Part shown: positions 26,676 through 40,000 of the stretch, in pieces
Layout of the letters: each line of letters begins with the position of its first letter
Numbering within the stretch: position 1 is the first letter of the stretch
NCBI GenBank assembly: GCA_024137785.1
Contig: JAHRHZ010000061.1
Span: 1,824,066-1,888,065, forward strand
Source: Ginglymostoma cirratum
Taxonomy: Eukaryota
DNA: 64,000 nt
Direction of reading: 5' to 3'
Position numbers and translations under genes: made by a program
Notes under the pieces: generated by a model
What the model was told of the DNA's origin: nothing
The model's input: only the letters and a program-made list of their open reading frames with translations
The model's database searches: none

Positions 26676-29128
26676 CTGCAGTAAAACAAACATGAAAACA
26701 TTTAGAGAAGCTTAATAATCGAAACAAATCAAAGATTGGAATAAGGAAAATAAAGTCAACAGCAATATGCAGAGCTTGCTTCAATATAGAAGGAAGATAA
26801 CTTTAATACATTGATAGAAACGTTCACTGAATAGCAAACATAGAAGAAAAAAATGCAGTTTCAGAAATCTGAAATGAAAACATAAAATGCCGTAAACATG
26901 TTATAAAGCAACTCCTTTTTGAATATAACTTCACACTAATGTTTTACGCTTTGGGGACTAATGAGAAAGTAAAGAAAGGATTCCCAGGCTCATTACCAAT
27001 CTGTTGAACCAGGTCATAAAAGCTCCTTCCATGGCCAACACGTTCTAACATGGCACTGAAATCCAGAGCTTCATAAAAACATAGAAAATAAGAGCAGGAG
27101 TAGGCCATTCAACCCTTCGAGCCTGTTCCATCATTCAATATGATCGTGGCTGATCATCGAGGTCAATACTCTAATCCCTCCTTCCCCCATATCTCTCGAT
27201 CCCTTTAACCACAAGGGCTATGTCAACCTTCTTCCTGAAAAAAACAATGTTTTGGCCTTAGCCACTTTCTGTGGTAGTGAATCCCATAGGCTCACCATTC
27301 TTCCACCTTCGGACATTATGACTACACCTTAAGAGCTCCCAGTAAAGCAATTAAAGGAAAAAGTTCCATGTAGAGCCAACTGACGACAGCTAGATAATTT
27401 TATGTTTTAATGGTATTTGTTGAGGGATAAATATTACTGAAGCCACTAAAAGAAACCTGAGCTCTTCTCTATAAAAGGTATAAAGATCATTTTGAGTAAT
27501 TGATGATGTTGTTCATTAAAAAGAAGGATCTTTGGTGGTCCTCTGAGCAGATTGCCTTATGAGGAAAGGCCAGACAGGCTAGGCCTGTATCCTTTGGAGT
27601 TTAAAAGAGTCAGAGGTGACTGAATTGAAACATATGAGATCCTTAGGGAACTTGACTGAGTGGATATTAAAAGCATGTTTCCAGTTGTCGGAAAATCTTA
27701 TAACTAGGTTTCATAGTTTTAAGATAAGCAGGTGCTCATTTAAGATGAAAAGAAGCAATATTTTCTCTCTCAGACAGTTAAGAACACAGGATATAGACTA
27801 GTACAGAACAGTACTGGGCCTTTGGCTCACGATGTTGTGATGGCCTATTATCCTACTTTAAGATCAAACTACCCTGCATACCCTACATTTTACTATCATC
27901 CATCTGCCTGTCCAAGAGTCGTTTAAATGTCCTTAATGTATCTGACTCCACTACCACTGCTGGCAGCGCATTCCATGTACCCACCACTCTCTGTGTAAAG
28001 AACCTACCTCTGATATCCCCTCTATATCTTCCTCCAATCACCTTAATGCCCCCTTGTAATAGTCATTTCCGCCCTGGGAAAAAGTCTCTGGCTTTCCACT
28101 CTATCTATGCCTCTCATCATCTTTGACACGTCATTCAAGGCACCTCTCATCCTTCTTCACTCCAATGAGTCTTTGGAATTCCCTTCCTCAAAAGACAGTG
28201 GATGCAGAATCTTTAAATATTTTTAAGGCAAAGATTGATAGATTCTCGATTACCAAGAGGGTTAAAGATTATCAGGGATATGCAGAAATGCAGAGTTGAG
28301 GTTAAAATGAGATCAGCCGTGATCTCACTGAATGACGGAGCAGGCTCAAAGGGCTGAGTGGCCTATTCTTACTCCTTGTTCATTTATAACTGCTACCTCA
28401 CCCACCTCAAAATGCATTGATTTAATTATGTCTGAAGTACATTTCTGGGCCTTTTGAATAGCAAGAGTAATTAATGCCCTTTGGAGTGACCGAGCAAGTC
28501 ATTCAGTTGCTTTTAATATTGAAACAACACTCTAACATCTCACGGTGCTTGAAGATATTTTGCAGAAATGCAAAGAATAAAGAATGCCACTTCAAAAGAA
28601 GTGGTATTAGGACAGGTCATTAGAGCTTATTCAAGGAAATAAGTTATAAGGAGTGCCTTAAATGAAGATGTATAAATTGGAGGTCTCTATAAAAACATCA
28701 CAAATATTGGGGCTTAGCAACTGAAGCCAAAACTTTCAAAAGTGAGAAAATAAAGAGAAAATGAACAAACTAGGATTAGGGGAAAGGTGAACTCAGTGGT
28801 TGAAGAAATTGGATTGAAGAAGTGAAGGAGATAGGGAAGGGCAATGTCATAAGGGATTTAAAGACAAGAGATTCTGTGGCTATGATCAGATACGTAGGAA
28901 TGGAACTATGTGAAGGTACTTACACTTTACAAGACCAAACTATGGCAGATATTGGAAATGTGAAATGAAAACAGAAAACGCCGGAAATACTCAGGAGGTT
29001 TTGGCTATGTCTGTAGAGATAGAAACAGATTTAATGGGCTGAATTTGGTGGAGGTGACAGAAGTCCCAACAAACGCCATAGGAATGGAAATCAAAAACAG
29101 GAGGCAACCTGACAGAGGAGCAGATTAC

Positions 29129-29155
29129 CAACGACAGCACAACATTTCAAAGGTA
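29129..29155 (-). CDS. Possible 27-nt cytoplasmic micro-exon (IPLKCCAVV)
   Basis: ttttctgtaggtag|TACCTTTGAAATGTTGTGCTGTCGTTG|gtaatc, phase 1-1, 68 nt after the TM donor. Optional, because TM also joins the last exon in frame. Confidence 0.4.
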
Positions 29156-29223
29156 CTACCTACAGAAAACAATTTGGGATTAAAATAAAGTTAGAATTAA
29201 ATCTGAAAACCATGACTACTTAC

Positions 29224-29328
29224 TTGAAAATGTACGTGTACAAAGTATTGCAACAACCACACACACCATCAATGCAACTAAACCATTAACTGTTGGTAAT
29301 ATCCACAATCCTCTGTTGCTGGCAGAAC
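29224..29328 (-). CDS. CD28-like VJ-C1 receptor, transmembrane exon
   Basis: ttctcaacag|GT TCT...TCA A|gtaagt, 105 nt phase 1-1; GSASNRGLWILPTVNGLVALMVCVVVAILCTRTFS. Not in the supplied ORF track. Confidence 0.85.
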
Positions 29329-30152
29329 CTGTTGAGAATTATTGTAGACATGCATTGAAAACTATGTTGAATAACATACCATAAAGCAGAATTTAAGAAT
29401 TAAATCGTTTTGTTTTACTCTAACTAAATGGAGATGTCAGGGTGGATGTGCAAAAGCTGAGTCAAAGAGGCAGCTTTTAAGGAAAATATTAAGAAAAAGA
29501 GGTAGAGAAACAGAAGTTTAGGGAGGGAATTGCAAATATGCAAGCATAAGATTAGGAAAAAAAGTAGAACAATCAGACACTAAAAGCTGCTCTGAGAATC
29601 AATAAGATGACTGATCTGATTGCTGCACCTAGATCCAATGACTCTGCTTGTCAAGAATCTATTTACCTTTCCCTTAAAAATACTCAAGGACTCTACATCC
29701 ATCACTTTTTCAGGATGAGAGTTCTGTGACACTCTGTGAGAGCGAAAAAAAATTCTGCTTATCCTGGCTTAAATGGGTGACCTTTATTTTGAAGCAGCAA
29801 TCTCTAGTTCCACATTCTCCTGCAAGAGCCACTTGCACCCATTTAAGACCCATAATCTGTGGTTACTCAAAAAAGTTAAAGATAGTATCAAACTTTAAAG
29901 AATATATGTATAATTGCACAAAGATGGGTGGCAGGTCAAAAGTTTCAACAGAACATATAACAGAGCAACAAAGACTGACTAAAAATATGTTGGAAAATCT
30001 AATGTATGAGGGAAAGCTGGCTAGAAATATGAAAATAGATAATAATAATAACCAATTGTAATAATAAAAATGGCTCTGTAGAAAGTGAGTCTGAGGAATT
30101 TATAATAGAAAATAAGCAGATGATAGATTAATTGGGCAGGTAATTTGCATTG

Positions 30153-30480
30153 CGGCATGGTGGCACAGTGGTTAGCATTGCCACCTCACAGTACCAGGGA
30201 ATAGCTTCGATTCCAGCCTCAGGCAAATGTCTGTCTGGAGTTTATACATCCTTCCTGTGTCTGCGTGGGTTTCCTCAAAGTGCTCTGGTCTCCTCCCACA
30301 GGCAAAAGATGTGCAGGTTAGGTGGAATGGCCATTCGGCCCACCAAGTCCACAACAGCCCTCTGAAGAGCATCCCACCCAGACCAACTCCTTACCCTCTC
30401 CCTGTAACCCCGACATTCCCCATGAGTAATCCACCAAGACTGCTCATCCCTGGACACTATGGGCAATTTAGTGTGGCCAA
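30153..30480 (+). mobile_element. HE1-type tRNA-derived SINE with its 3' half inverted (other copies ~34140-34400, 55600-55945, 57350-57695)
   Basis: A/B-box head ggtggcacagtggttagc..ttcgattcc and body ctgtgtctgcgtgggtttcc; ~30330-30480 is reverse-complemented relative to the other copies. Confidence 0.8.
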
Positions 30481-31658
30481 AAGATGGTGAAGTTGAGAAA
30501 TAGTAGGAGGCCCAGCTTTGATCAACAGGGTAATGATGTGGAAATGTGAAGAGAAGCTATTACAATTATTCCCCTGGCTGTTAGTAGATAGGCCTGGACC
30601 CTGGCAAGTGCAATTTCACCCAGTTGGGCAACAGTGGAAAGGCATTGTTGGAGAATGATGCCATCAATGTCTAAGGCTGTAGGCAGGTAAAGAAGGAAAA
30701 GGAGGAATAGTTTATCTTTCTAATAGTAGGATGTCATTTCTGAATCTGATAACAGCCATTTCTATACTATGACAGTGTGGAAATGTAGGGCATTAAGGGT
30801 CAAATAACTGAGTGTGAGATTTCAAATGCACTACACTGGGAATTGGGCACAGATTTGGGAGATGGACCATTTAACAGGTTTTCAGAGGAAAATGCAATTC
30901 ATGGGAAATGGTGTGGCTCTAGTTTGCAAGATCAGCGGTCTCAGAACTTTTGTTTTGATGAGAGGGGCTTACAGGAAAATGGGACAGAACCTGAAGAGGA
31001 GGAACCATTGGCAATATTAGCTAAAATAGAGTCCAGGAGAGGAAGTTGTGTGTTCAGTACTTTAGTAGGAACAGGGGACAATGTGAATTTTGTCTGTAAG
31101 ATGAACTTGGAGAGAGCCTGAGGAAAGCTGGGTGGGAAACTCAAAAAAGATGCAAGTTCAAGGCTCACACCTGGAGTTACTTTGGAGGAAATTTGGCCCA
31201 GTGGGTTCGTGGAAGGGAGAGAAGGGACAGAGGCTGTTGATAGATTTACCTTGATTTTAGTGATCAGATTCCAGATGAGGGAACGTAATAGACTTATTGG
31301 GGACTAGGATATTAAAAGTGGAGGTGAGAGTATAATTAAGTGGATCAGTAGCTGTGGACATATTGTTGCAAATCAAAGGGCAAAGGCTAGATAGGTGACA
31401 TTTTGAAAATATAGCTGGAAGTGAATTGTCAAGTAGTTACTTTTTCCAATTGTGGACATTGGGAATGGCGATCTTTAGTCATGGAAAGGTGATATAGGTG
31501 GAGAATGATTCACGGAGTGATACCAGTACCACATTCATGCAGTAACCTTACTCAAATCATAAAAGTTGAAAGAAAATTAGAATTGCAACTTAAACTTCTG
31601 CCAGTTTGCAGAATCCAGAGATTTTGCTAACAAATCCAACAAATGGACTTTTTTTCAC

Positions 31659-31964
31659 CTTGGTTACAAATAGGAATCCTTTTAGTGGTGGGTGCAGAAA
31701 GAGTTGAGTGGTTCACTTGACAGGAATATATTCCAGTTGCATTCTGCTCAAGTACAGAAAGATTCAGGGCACTTGTGAAAGAGAATGAGCCATCACTGTT
31801 GGTATAGAGAGTCTCATTCTTAATGTCATTGGTGATTTGCTGTCCATCTTTAAACCAGGACACTTGAATGTCATCAGGATAGAACTCCAGTGATGTGCAG
31901 ATTAACTCTCTCTCTTCATTAGGGTAAGGTTGAGTCCTTTCAATTAACTGGACGGTTGGCTGAG
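31659..31964 (-). CDS. CD28-like VJ-C1 receptor, Ig C1-set exon
   Basis: gattttcag|CT CAG CCA...CAA G|gtgaaa, 306 nt phase 1-1. AQPTVQL..LICTSLEFYPDDIQVSWFKDG..NSDGSFSFTSAL..YSCQVNHSTL carries the C1 motifs FYP and YxCxVxH. Confidence 0.92.
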
Positions 31965-34948
31965 CTGAAAATCAATTGTAACGTGTTATTAGAGTTCTAC
32001 ACTTCAGTCTGTTTGTAAGTTTGTATAGAATAATCTCAAGGGTTTAGATCCACAGTGAGAACATTTGAACTGTCGACTATGTGTGTATCTGATAAACAAA
32101 AGGCTACCAACTGCAAATCAGGGAGGGCATGGATCAGTTGATGCCTAAAGATCCACTTGGTACAATTTTCAGTTGAGCATGAAAATTGGTGAGCAGTCTA
32201 CTTGTCTGAAACTGGCAAGAGGTGGGAATGAAGGAGGCCTGTCAGCCCACCCAATTCCCTGTAAAAACAATTCAGCTTGTCCCACATCATCATTCTTTTC
32301 CTAGACCCCTGCAGTTTTGTTTTCCTCCTGGCGCTCATACATTGCCATTTTGAAAGCCAGAGGAAATCTGCCTCCACCACACCACAATTCATACAAAGGG
32401 CATGAAATACTGGCCACTCACTGTCGAAACCTTTGATTTGCCCAATATTTTAAATCCATATTGTCTTGCTCCTGACCCATTTGGCAATGGAAACATTTTC
32501 TGTCTATCTACCAAATCTGGATTCCTCATGATTGTGGCCACCTCCATCCTGAATCTTCTTAATGGATGTTTGGGAATCCATAAAATGTAAGCTTATTTGT
32601 GGGAATCATTGGCAAGGTGAACATTTATTGCCCGTCCCTAATTGTACTGATGGAGCTGGCTCTGAGCTGTCCATGTGGTGTTGGTGGCACAGCCATAGTG
32701 TTGTTAAGAAGGAGTTCCAGGAATTTGACAATGAAGGAATGATGGTACACCTCCAGTCAGGGTTGTCCTTGGTTGGAAGGAACCTCACTTATGGCGGATA
32801 TGTTCCCCTTCACTCTAGGAATGGTGATGGCCTAGTGGTACTATCACTAGACTGTGAGTCCACAGACCTAGGTAATGTCCAGGAGATGCAGGTTCAAATC
32901 CAACATTGCAAAAGGTGGAATTTGATTCGGACTAAGGCTCTAATGATGACCGTGCAATGATTGCTGATTGTCAGAAAAACTCATCTGGTTCTTTAGGAAA
33001 AGAAACTGCCATCTTCACTTGGCTTAGCACACATGTGGCTCCATACCCAGAATGGTTGACTCTTAACTGCCCTCTTGGCATTTAGGGATGGGCAATAAAT
33101 ATTTGCCTGGCCAGTGACATCCATGTCCCATGAATGAATTAAAAAAAAAACTGCTGCCCTTGTTCCTCTAAGTAGCAGATGTCATGGAAGGCACCGCTGT
33201 AGACATTTTGGTTACTTACTACAGTGCATCTTGTAGATGGTACACGCTGCTGACAGTGTGTATTGGTGGTGGGCACAGTGATTGATGAAAGGTGGTGGAT
33301 AGAGTGCAGATCAAGTGACTGCTGAAGCAGCACATGTCCAAGAAAGTGTAGAGTAATTCATCCTTGACTTGGGCCATGTATATGTTGGATGGTCTTTGAG
33401 GAGTCTTGAAGGAGTTATTTGGCTCAGAGAGCCCAATTGTAGGTCTGCTCTTGTAGCTACATTATTTATATGGATAATCCAGTTCAGTTTCTGTTCAATG
33501 ATAACCCCTAGGATATTGATGGTAGGAGATTCATTTATGGTAATACCATTGAATGTCAAGTGAAGATGTTAGATTCTCTCCTGTTGTATATTTCCTGACA
33601 CTTGTATGACACAAATCTTTCTTATCAGTCCAATCTGAATGTAGTCCACATTTTGTTAAATGAGACATGGACTGCTTCAGTGTCTCAGGAGTTGAGGATG
33701 GTATTGGACATTTAGTTGCATAGTAGTACTGACGTTACTATTTTTGTTAAGTGAGAAATATTACCAAAACTTCTTATCTTGCTCTTTTCAGGGCAAAAAC
33801 AAGAATGGCATACTTCAACGTGTTAGACAGGAGAAAAGGGTGTTGATTGGTTGGCACATCAACTGTTTTTGGGTTGAGTCATGCTCATGGAGAAAGTAAT
33901 GGGGAACTGTAGGCTCTTCTTGCTACCACGTTATTCATAAAATGCACAAAATTTAATAGTATTCCTTTTGTTTGTAGAATCTATTACATGTGATTCCGTG
34001 AAACATGTTTTTGAAACACTCTGTTCTTTTGTTACCAATTGCCTCAACTAATCCGGTGTGCTAGGAGGATGTTTCCTGTCATGGGGGAATAAAGGTCTAA
34101 AAGGCACAGTTTAAAAACAAGGGAGTTTCAAATTAAGGTGGAGGTGGCTCAGTGGTCAGCATTGCTGCCTCACGGCACCAGGGACCAGGGTTTGATTCCA
34201 GCATTGGATGATTGTCTGTGTGGAGTTTGCACATTCTCCCTGTGTCTGCGTGGTCCTGCTTCCTCCAAAAGATGTGCAGGTTAGCCATGGGAAATGCAAG
34301 GATAGGATAGGTAGGGGGTTTGGATGTTCTTCAGAGGGTCCATGTGGACTTGGTGGGCTGAATGGCTTGCTCCCACACTATAGGGGTTCTATGGTTATGA
34401 AGTCCTTTATTCATTCATGGGATAAGGGCATCACTGGCTAGGGCAGCATTTATTGCCCAGCAGGCAGTTCAGAGTCAACCACATTACTATGGGTCTGGAG
34501 TCACATGTAGGCCAGACCAGGTAAGGATGGCAGTTTCCTTTCCTGAAGGGCATTAGTGAACCAGGTGGGTTTTCTTCCCCACAACCAACAATGGATTCAT
34601 GGTCATCGTTAAACTGTTAATTCCAGATATTTATTGAATTCAAGTTCCACCATCTGCCGTGGTGAGATTTGAACTCAGGTCCCCAGAATGTTACCTGGGT
34701 CTCTGGATTAACAGTCCAGCGATAATACCACTAGGCCATCACCTCCTCACATCAAGTAAAGGAATTTTTTCCCTCAGAGGGTTGTTCGTGTTTGGAACAA
34801 ACACAGAGAATGCTGAAGAAAGTCAGCAGGTCTGGCAGCATCTGTGGAGAGAAATAGAGTTAATGTTTGGAGGCTACAATTACTGTCTTTAGAATTTCCT
34901 TCTCATGGAAACAGTGGAGACTGGATCTTTGATAAGAGAGATAATAGG

Positions 34949-35348
34949 NNNNNNNNNNNNNNNNNNNNNNNNNNNNNNNNNNNNNNNNNNNNNNNNNNNN
35001 NNNNNNNNNNNNNNNNNNNNNNNNNNNNNNNNNNNNNNNNNNNNNNNNNNNNNNNNNNNNNNNNNNNNNNNNNNNNNNNNNNNNNNNNNNNNNNNNNNNN
35101 NNNNNNNNNNNNNNNNNNNNNNNNNNNNNNNNNNNNNNNNNNNNNNNNNNNNNNNNNNNNNNNNNNNNNNNNNNNNNNNNNNNNNNNNNNNNNNNNNNNN
35201 NNNNNNNNNNNNNNNNNNNNNNNNNNNNNNNNNNNNNNNNNNNNNNNNNNNNNNNNNNNNNNNNNNNNNNNNNNNNNNNNNNNNNNNNNNNNNNNNNNNN
35301 NNNNNNNNNNNNNNNNNNNNNNNNNNNNNNNNNNNNNNNNNNNNNNNN
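34949..35348. other. Assembly gap (400 N) inside a TSD-flanked family A insertion
   Basis: N run; flanking TSD tggatctttga at 34922-34932 / 35438-35448. Confidence 0.95.
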
Positions 35349-36278
35349 GTTTAGGCCCGAAACGTCAAGCTTTTCTGCTCCTATGATGCTGCTTGGCCTG
35401 CTGTGTTCATCCAGCCCCACACCTTGTTATCTTAGATTGGATCTTTGACTTTATTCAAGACTGAATAATTAAGGCTATTATCAGATCAGATATCATCTTT
35501 TGGATGTGGAGAAGAATTGAGGGGCCAAATGGCCTGCTCTTTCTCCTATTTCTTAAGATTTCTTTGAATTTTGTCTTGTCTAGCTACTTCCCTAACCCCC
35601 TGTGTAAATTTGACCTTATCCATAAGTCTGTTGTTTTAATATAGATCCAGTTCCTTTCACCCATCCCACATGCCCTCTTAATTCTATTGGATCCCAGTGC
35701 AGAATTCCCTCAATTTTGAAATTCTTAGCCATTTTCAAATCCCTGTATAACTTTAACTTTGTATCCATGTAATCTCCACCACACTCAAGGTATCAGTGTT
35801 GCTTTAATTCTGGCCTTTTCTGCATTCCCAGATTTCAAAACTCCAAAGTAATTTCTGACCCTTCAGATGCAAAAGCCTGAAGTTCTGTAATTCAGTACCT
35901 CACTCACTGTCTGTTCAAGGACCCCCACCCCTCTCTTCCTTTAAGTCTTCTCTTTATACGTCATCTTTAATCAAGTTTTTGCACATCTGGCCTAGTACTT
36001 ACTGTCTGTAAAATTTGCTCTGGAAGTTCTCTTATGAAGTGGTTTAAGATGTTTAAGGTGCTACATAAGCACACATTGTTATTGGTGTAATCTCCTAACT
36101 CTGTAATACAATATATTGAGAATTGCTGTTGGTGACGTATAAAGCTTAAAATCAGCCTCTCTCTCTCAGAACCAGGCAGCAAGGGTTAAAACCCCACCTG
36201 CTCAAGATTCGCATAGTAACATTTCTGAATAGGTTGGTTAGAAAACGTCTAGAATCTGAGGAATGATAAAACTGTGAT

Positions 36279-36493
36279 AACACAGTGTGGAGCTGGAGGA
36301 ACACCGCAGGCCAGGCAACATCAGAGGAGCAGGAAAGCTGATGTTTCAGGTCAGGACCCTTCTTCAGAAAACTTTATGATCCCGACCCGAAACGTCAACT
36401 TTCCTTCTCCTCTGATGCTGCCTGGCCTGCTGTGTTGCTCCAGCTCCACACTGTGTTATCTCTGACTCCAGCATCTGCAGTTCTTACTATCCT
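36279..36493. mobile_element. Fold-back PLE-terminus insertion next to the V exon
   Basis: Inverted arms; 18-bp TSD gaatg(a/g)taaaactgtgat at 36261-36278 / 36494-36511. Confidence 0.85.
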
Positions 36494-36541
36494 GAATGGT
36501 AAAACTGTGATGTTTTTTGAGTTGCGAATATAATAACTCAC

Positions 36542-36901
36542 CTTCTACTGTAATGCGTGTACCTTTACCTCTTGCTGATTGTGAAGGAGGTGGAATTTCA
36601 AAATCAACCTGACAGAAGTAAATGTCAGTATCACTTAAATGAAGATCGTGGATTATTAAAGATGAGGATTTTGTTGAGGAGTCCACCGTAATGCTAGCAC
36701 GTTCTGTGCAATGCATGATAGAAGAATAATTAATTTTATTTTCCATGTGATGGCAGAATAATTGTGTACTGGTGTTACGCTTCCACATAATCCGGAACTG
36801 TTCAACTGTATCACTGTATGAACAATTTATTTGTACGTTGTCCCCCTTCAATGCTCTGATCTCTGATGGTGTTTGGAATACTGTTAGTTTTTTGCTCCTC
36901 A
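36542..36901 (-). CDS. CD28-like VJ-C1 receptor, germline-joined VJ-type IgV exon
   Basis: ttttaatttcttcag|TG AGG...GAA G|gtgagt, 360 nt phase 1-1; INCSYS..EQFRIMW..LFC..MHC..TDIYFCQVDFEIPPPSQSARGKGTRITVE. Confidence 0.92.
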
Positions 36902-37074
36902 CTGAAGAAATTAAAAAACAAAAATGATTAACAATATATTATTTCTGATCAGTGGTGAATGTATCATGTAGCTGGGTGTAGTTTGTAGTTTAGTGAATTG
37001 AGTCAATATAAAGACATTATGAATCTCTTTTCCTGAAAAGAAGTAAATGGAATTGAATGTAGTGTAGATTGCAT

Positions 37075-40000
37075 TGAAACATAGTAGCAGGAGTAAGCCA
37101 TTCAGCCCCTCAAGCCTGCTCTGCTATTCTAGATCATGGTTAATCATCTTCCTCAATACCTCGCAATCTACCCGCATCTTTGACATCATTAGTAACTAGA
37201 AATCTATCAAGGTCTCTCTTGAACTTACTTTAATGCCCTCCCAGGTAGAAAATATCAAAGTTTCACAACCCTCCAAGTGAAGGAATTCCTCCTCATCTCA
37301 GTCCTAAATGACTTGCCCCCACAATGAGACCACACAGCCGAGGGAAACATCCACTCTATCTGTCCCTATAAGAAGTTAGTAAGTTTATAAAATCTGTCTT
37401 CTAAACTCCAGAAAATACAGGCCCAGTTTCCTCTATCTTTCCTCATAGGATCGACCCACTTTCCTTGCAATCAGGCTGGTGAATCTCGATTGCACTCCCT
37501 CTATATAGCTCCCTTAGGCAAAGGGACCAGAACTGTACACAACACGCCAAGTACAGTCTCACCGGTGACCTAGGCAATTCACCATAAGAGCGTTAGACAT
37601 AGGAGCAGTAGTAGGCTATTCAGCCCATTTGGTCTGCTCAACCACACAATGAGACCGAGACTAATATGATAATCCTCAACTCCGCTTCCCCTCTTCTAAC
37701 CACAACACTTGATTACCTTATTGATTAAAAATCTATCTGCCTCACTTCAAATATATTTAATGACCCAGCCTCGTCAGCCCTCTGTGGCAAAAAGTTCCAC
37801 AGTTTCACTACACTCTGAGAGAAGACATTTCTATTAATTTCTGTCTCAATTGGGTATCCCCTTATTATGCCCTCTGGTCCTAAATTCTCCATTAGTCCCT
37901 AAGAAACTTGTATGTTTCAATAAGGTCACATCTCATTCTTCTAATCTCCAATGAGTACAAGCTCAATTTGCTCAATATCTCCACATAATACAATCCTTCC
38001 ATACCAGATAACAACATAAAGAACTTTCTCTGGGCTGCCTCCAATGTCAGTGTATCTTTCCTTAGATAAGAGGGCCCCAAATTATTAATAGTATTCCACG
38101 TGGGCCTAACTAGTACCTTGGATGCTTATTGCAAATGCTCTCTATTTGTATACTTTATTGCCTTGAAAATTAAGATTAATATTACATTTCCTGCTATGTT
38201 ACCGGCTGAGCATTTATGTGATTCAGGGACAAGTACTCTCAAATCCCTCTGTGCTGTAGCTTTCTGCAATCTTTCTCCATTTAAATAGTATTCAGGTCCT
38301 CTATTCTACCAGTCAAAGTACATAACTTCGCATTTTTCCACATTATATTCTATCTGCCAAATGTTTGTTCAGTTGCTTAACCTGCTTGTTCCCTCTGCAA
38401 ACTTATCTCACTACATGACTTTCCAACGATTTTTGTGTCATCCACAAATTTGGCTATAATACATTCACTTTCAAATAATGAATCTATGTGGCAAGTAACT
38501 ATGGCTCCAGCGATGATCCCTGTGGCACTCCATTAGTTGCAGTTTGCCATCCTGAAAACATTTCCCCATCCTAACTCACTGCCTTCTATCCCCTATCCAT
38601 GCTACTCCCTCCAGTACCATAGGGTATTTTTTTATTTATTCACAGGATACGGAAGTCTCTGGCTAGGCCAGCATTTATTGTGCATCCCTAATTGCCCAGA
38701 GTCAACCATTTTGTTGTGGGTCTGGAGTCACATGTAGTCACACGATGGCAGTTTCCTTCTTAAAAGGGCATTAGTGAACCAGATGAGTTTTTCGACAATG
38801 ATTTTGTGGTCATTATTATACTCTTACTTCCAGGATATTTTGTATTGAATTCAAATTCCAACATCTGCTGTTTGAACCCATGGAGTTGAACCCATGTCCC
38901 TAGAACATTAGTTGAATTGCTGGATTAATGGTCTGGTGAAAATATTACTAGGCCATCACCTCCCAAGACTCTTATTTAGTTTCTTTAAGTAGACTAATAT
39001 GTAGCACCTTACCAAATGCCTTCTAGAAATCCAAATATATTAGACCTACTGCTTTCTCTTTATATGTCCATTTATATTAAGCCACCTGTAATGGTGGTCT
39101 GGATGAGGAAAGCCTAGTCTGAAAAGGCCTTTCATAATTTCTCAAGTATTTGCTCTTGTTTGGATTTGATGTTTCCACTACTCCATTCTTATATTTAAAA
39201 ACTCAAACTTACATGATGAGGTGCTTATTAGTTTTGGTTATTTTAAAAAAAATTATCGACACAAATGCTAACTCTGCTTCCCTCTACAGATGTTGTCTGA
39301 CCTGCTGAGTTTTTGTTCTTACTTCAAAAATGCAGACTACTTTTGTTGGAAAATAGCAAGGACAGAATTTTACACTTCACCCTGTGGGTCGATCTGCAGG
39401 CAGTGATGTCCGTCAAGTTCCCAGGGCCTCAGGTGGTCATCCTGCCATCTTCCTGTGTGACCCCCTCCAATTGAGGAACATGACAGGGTAATTAATTGTC
39501 ACCTCTCCTCCCCAGAGTGACAGATCTATGTCAGCTGAGCTGGTTCTGATCCTGGGATTGGATATTAGTCCCAGCCTCTTTGTCATGGCTACTGGATCTA
39601 TAGGGATTTCAGAGTTGAGGTTCGGTTTCCATCAGAATGAGGTCATTTGGAGCATAAGGTGTCTGCAAGGCCCACCATGATCAGCCAGGATCTATTCCCT
39701 GCTGACTCCATGGTAGGATAGGTGATACCATTATCTGGAAAATCCTGCCCTAAGTGAGGAACAGAAAAGAGAGAAGTGGGAAGCTTGCAGGTATATTTAG
39801 TGGTGTGCATGTGGAATGCACTGCCGGCAGTGGTAGTGGAGTCAGATACTTTAGAGATTTTTAAGCAACTCTTGGATGGGCACATGGAGGATAGTAAAAT
39901 GTAGTGTATGCAGGGTAGTTTGATCTTGGTGGGGTGGTGGGTCAGCACAACATTGTGGGCTGAAGGGCCTGTTCTGTGTTGTACTGTTCTATGTTCTATG

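Noticed and set aside
34844-35420. Long ORFs across this region
   Set aside because: Artefacts of translating the N gap.
36281-36541. CACAGTG/CACTGTG heptamers near the V exon as recombination signal sequences
   Set aside because: They lie in the PLE arms and have no nonamer at 12 or 23 spacing; the V exon already includes the J-like strand and a splice donor.
36542-36901. Assigning a symbol such as CD28, CTLA4, NCR3 or TMIGD2
   Set aside because: It shares motifs with each, but the C1 domain and ITIM tail fit none of them; a phylogeny is needed.
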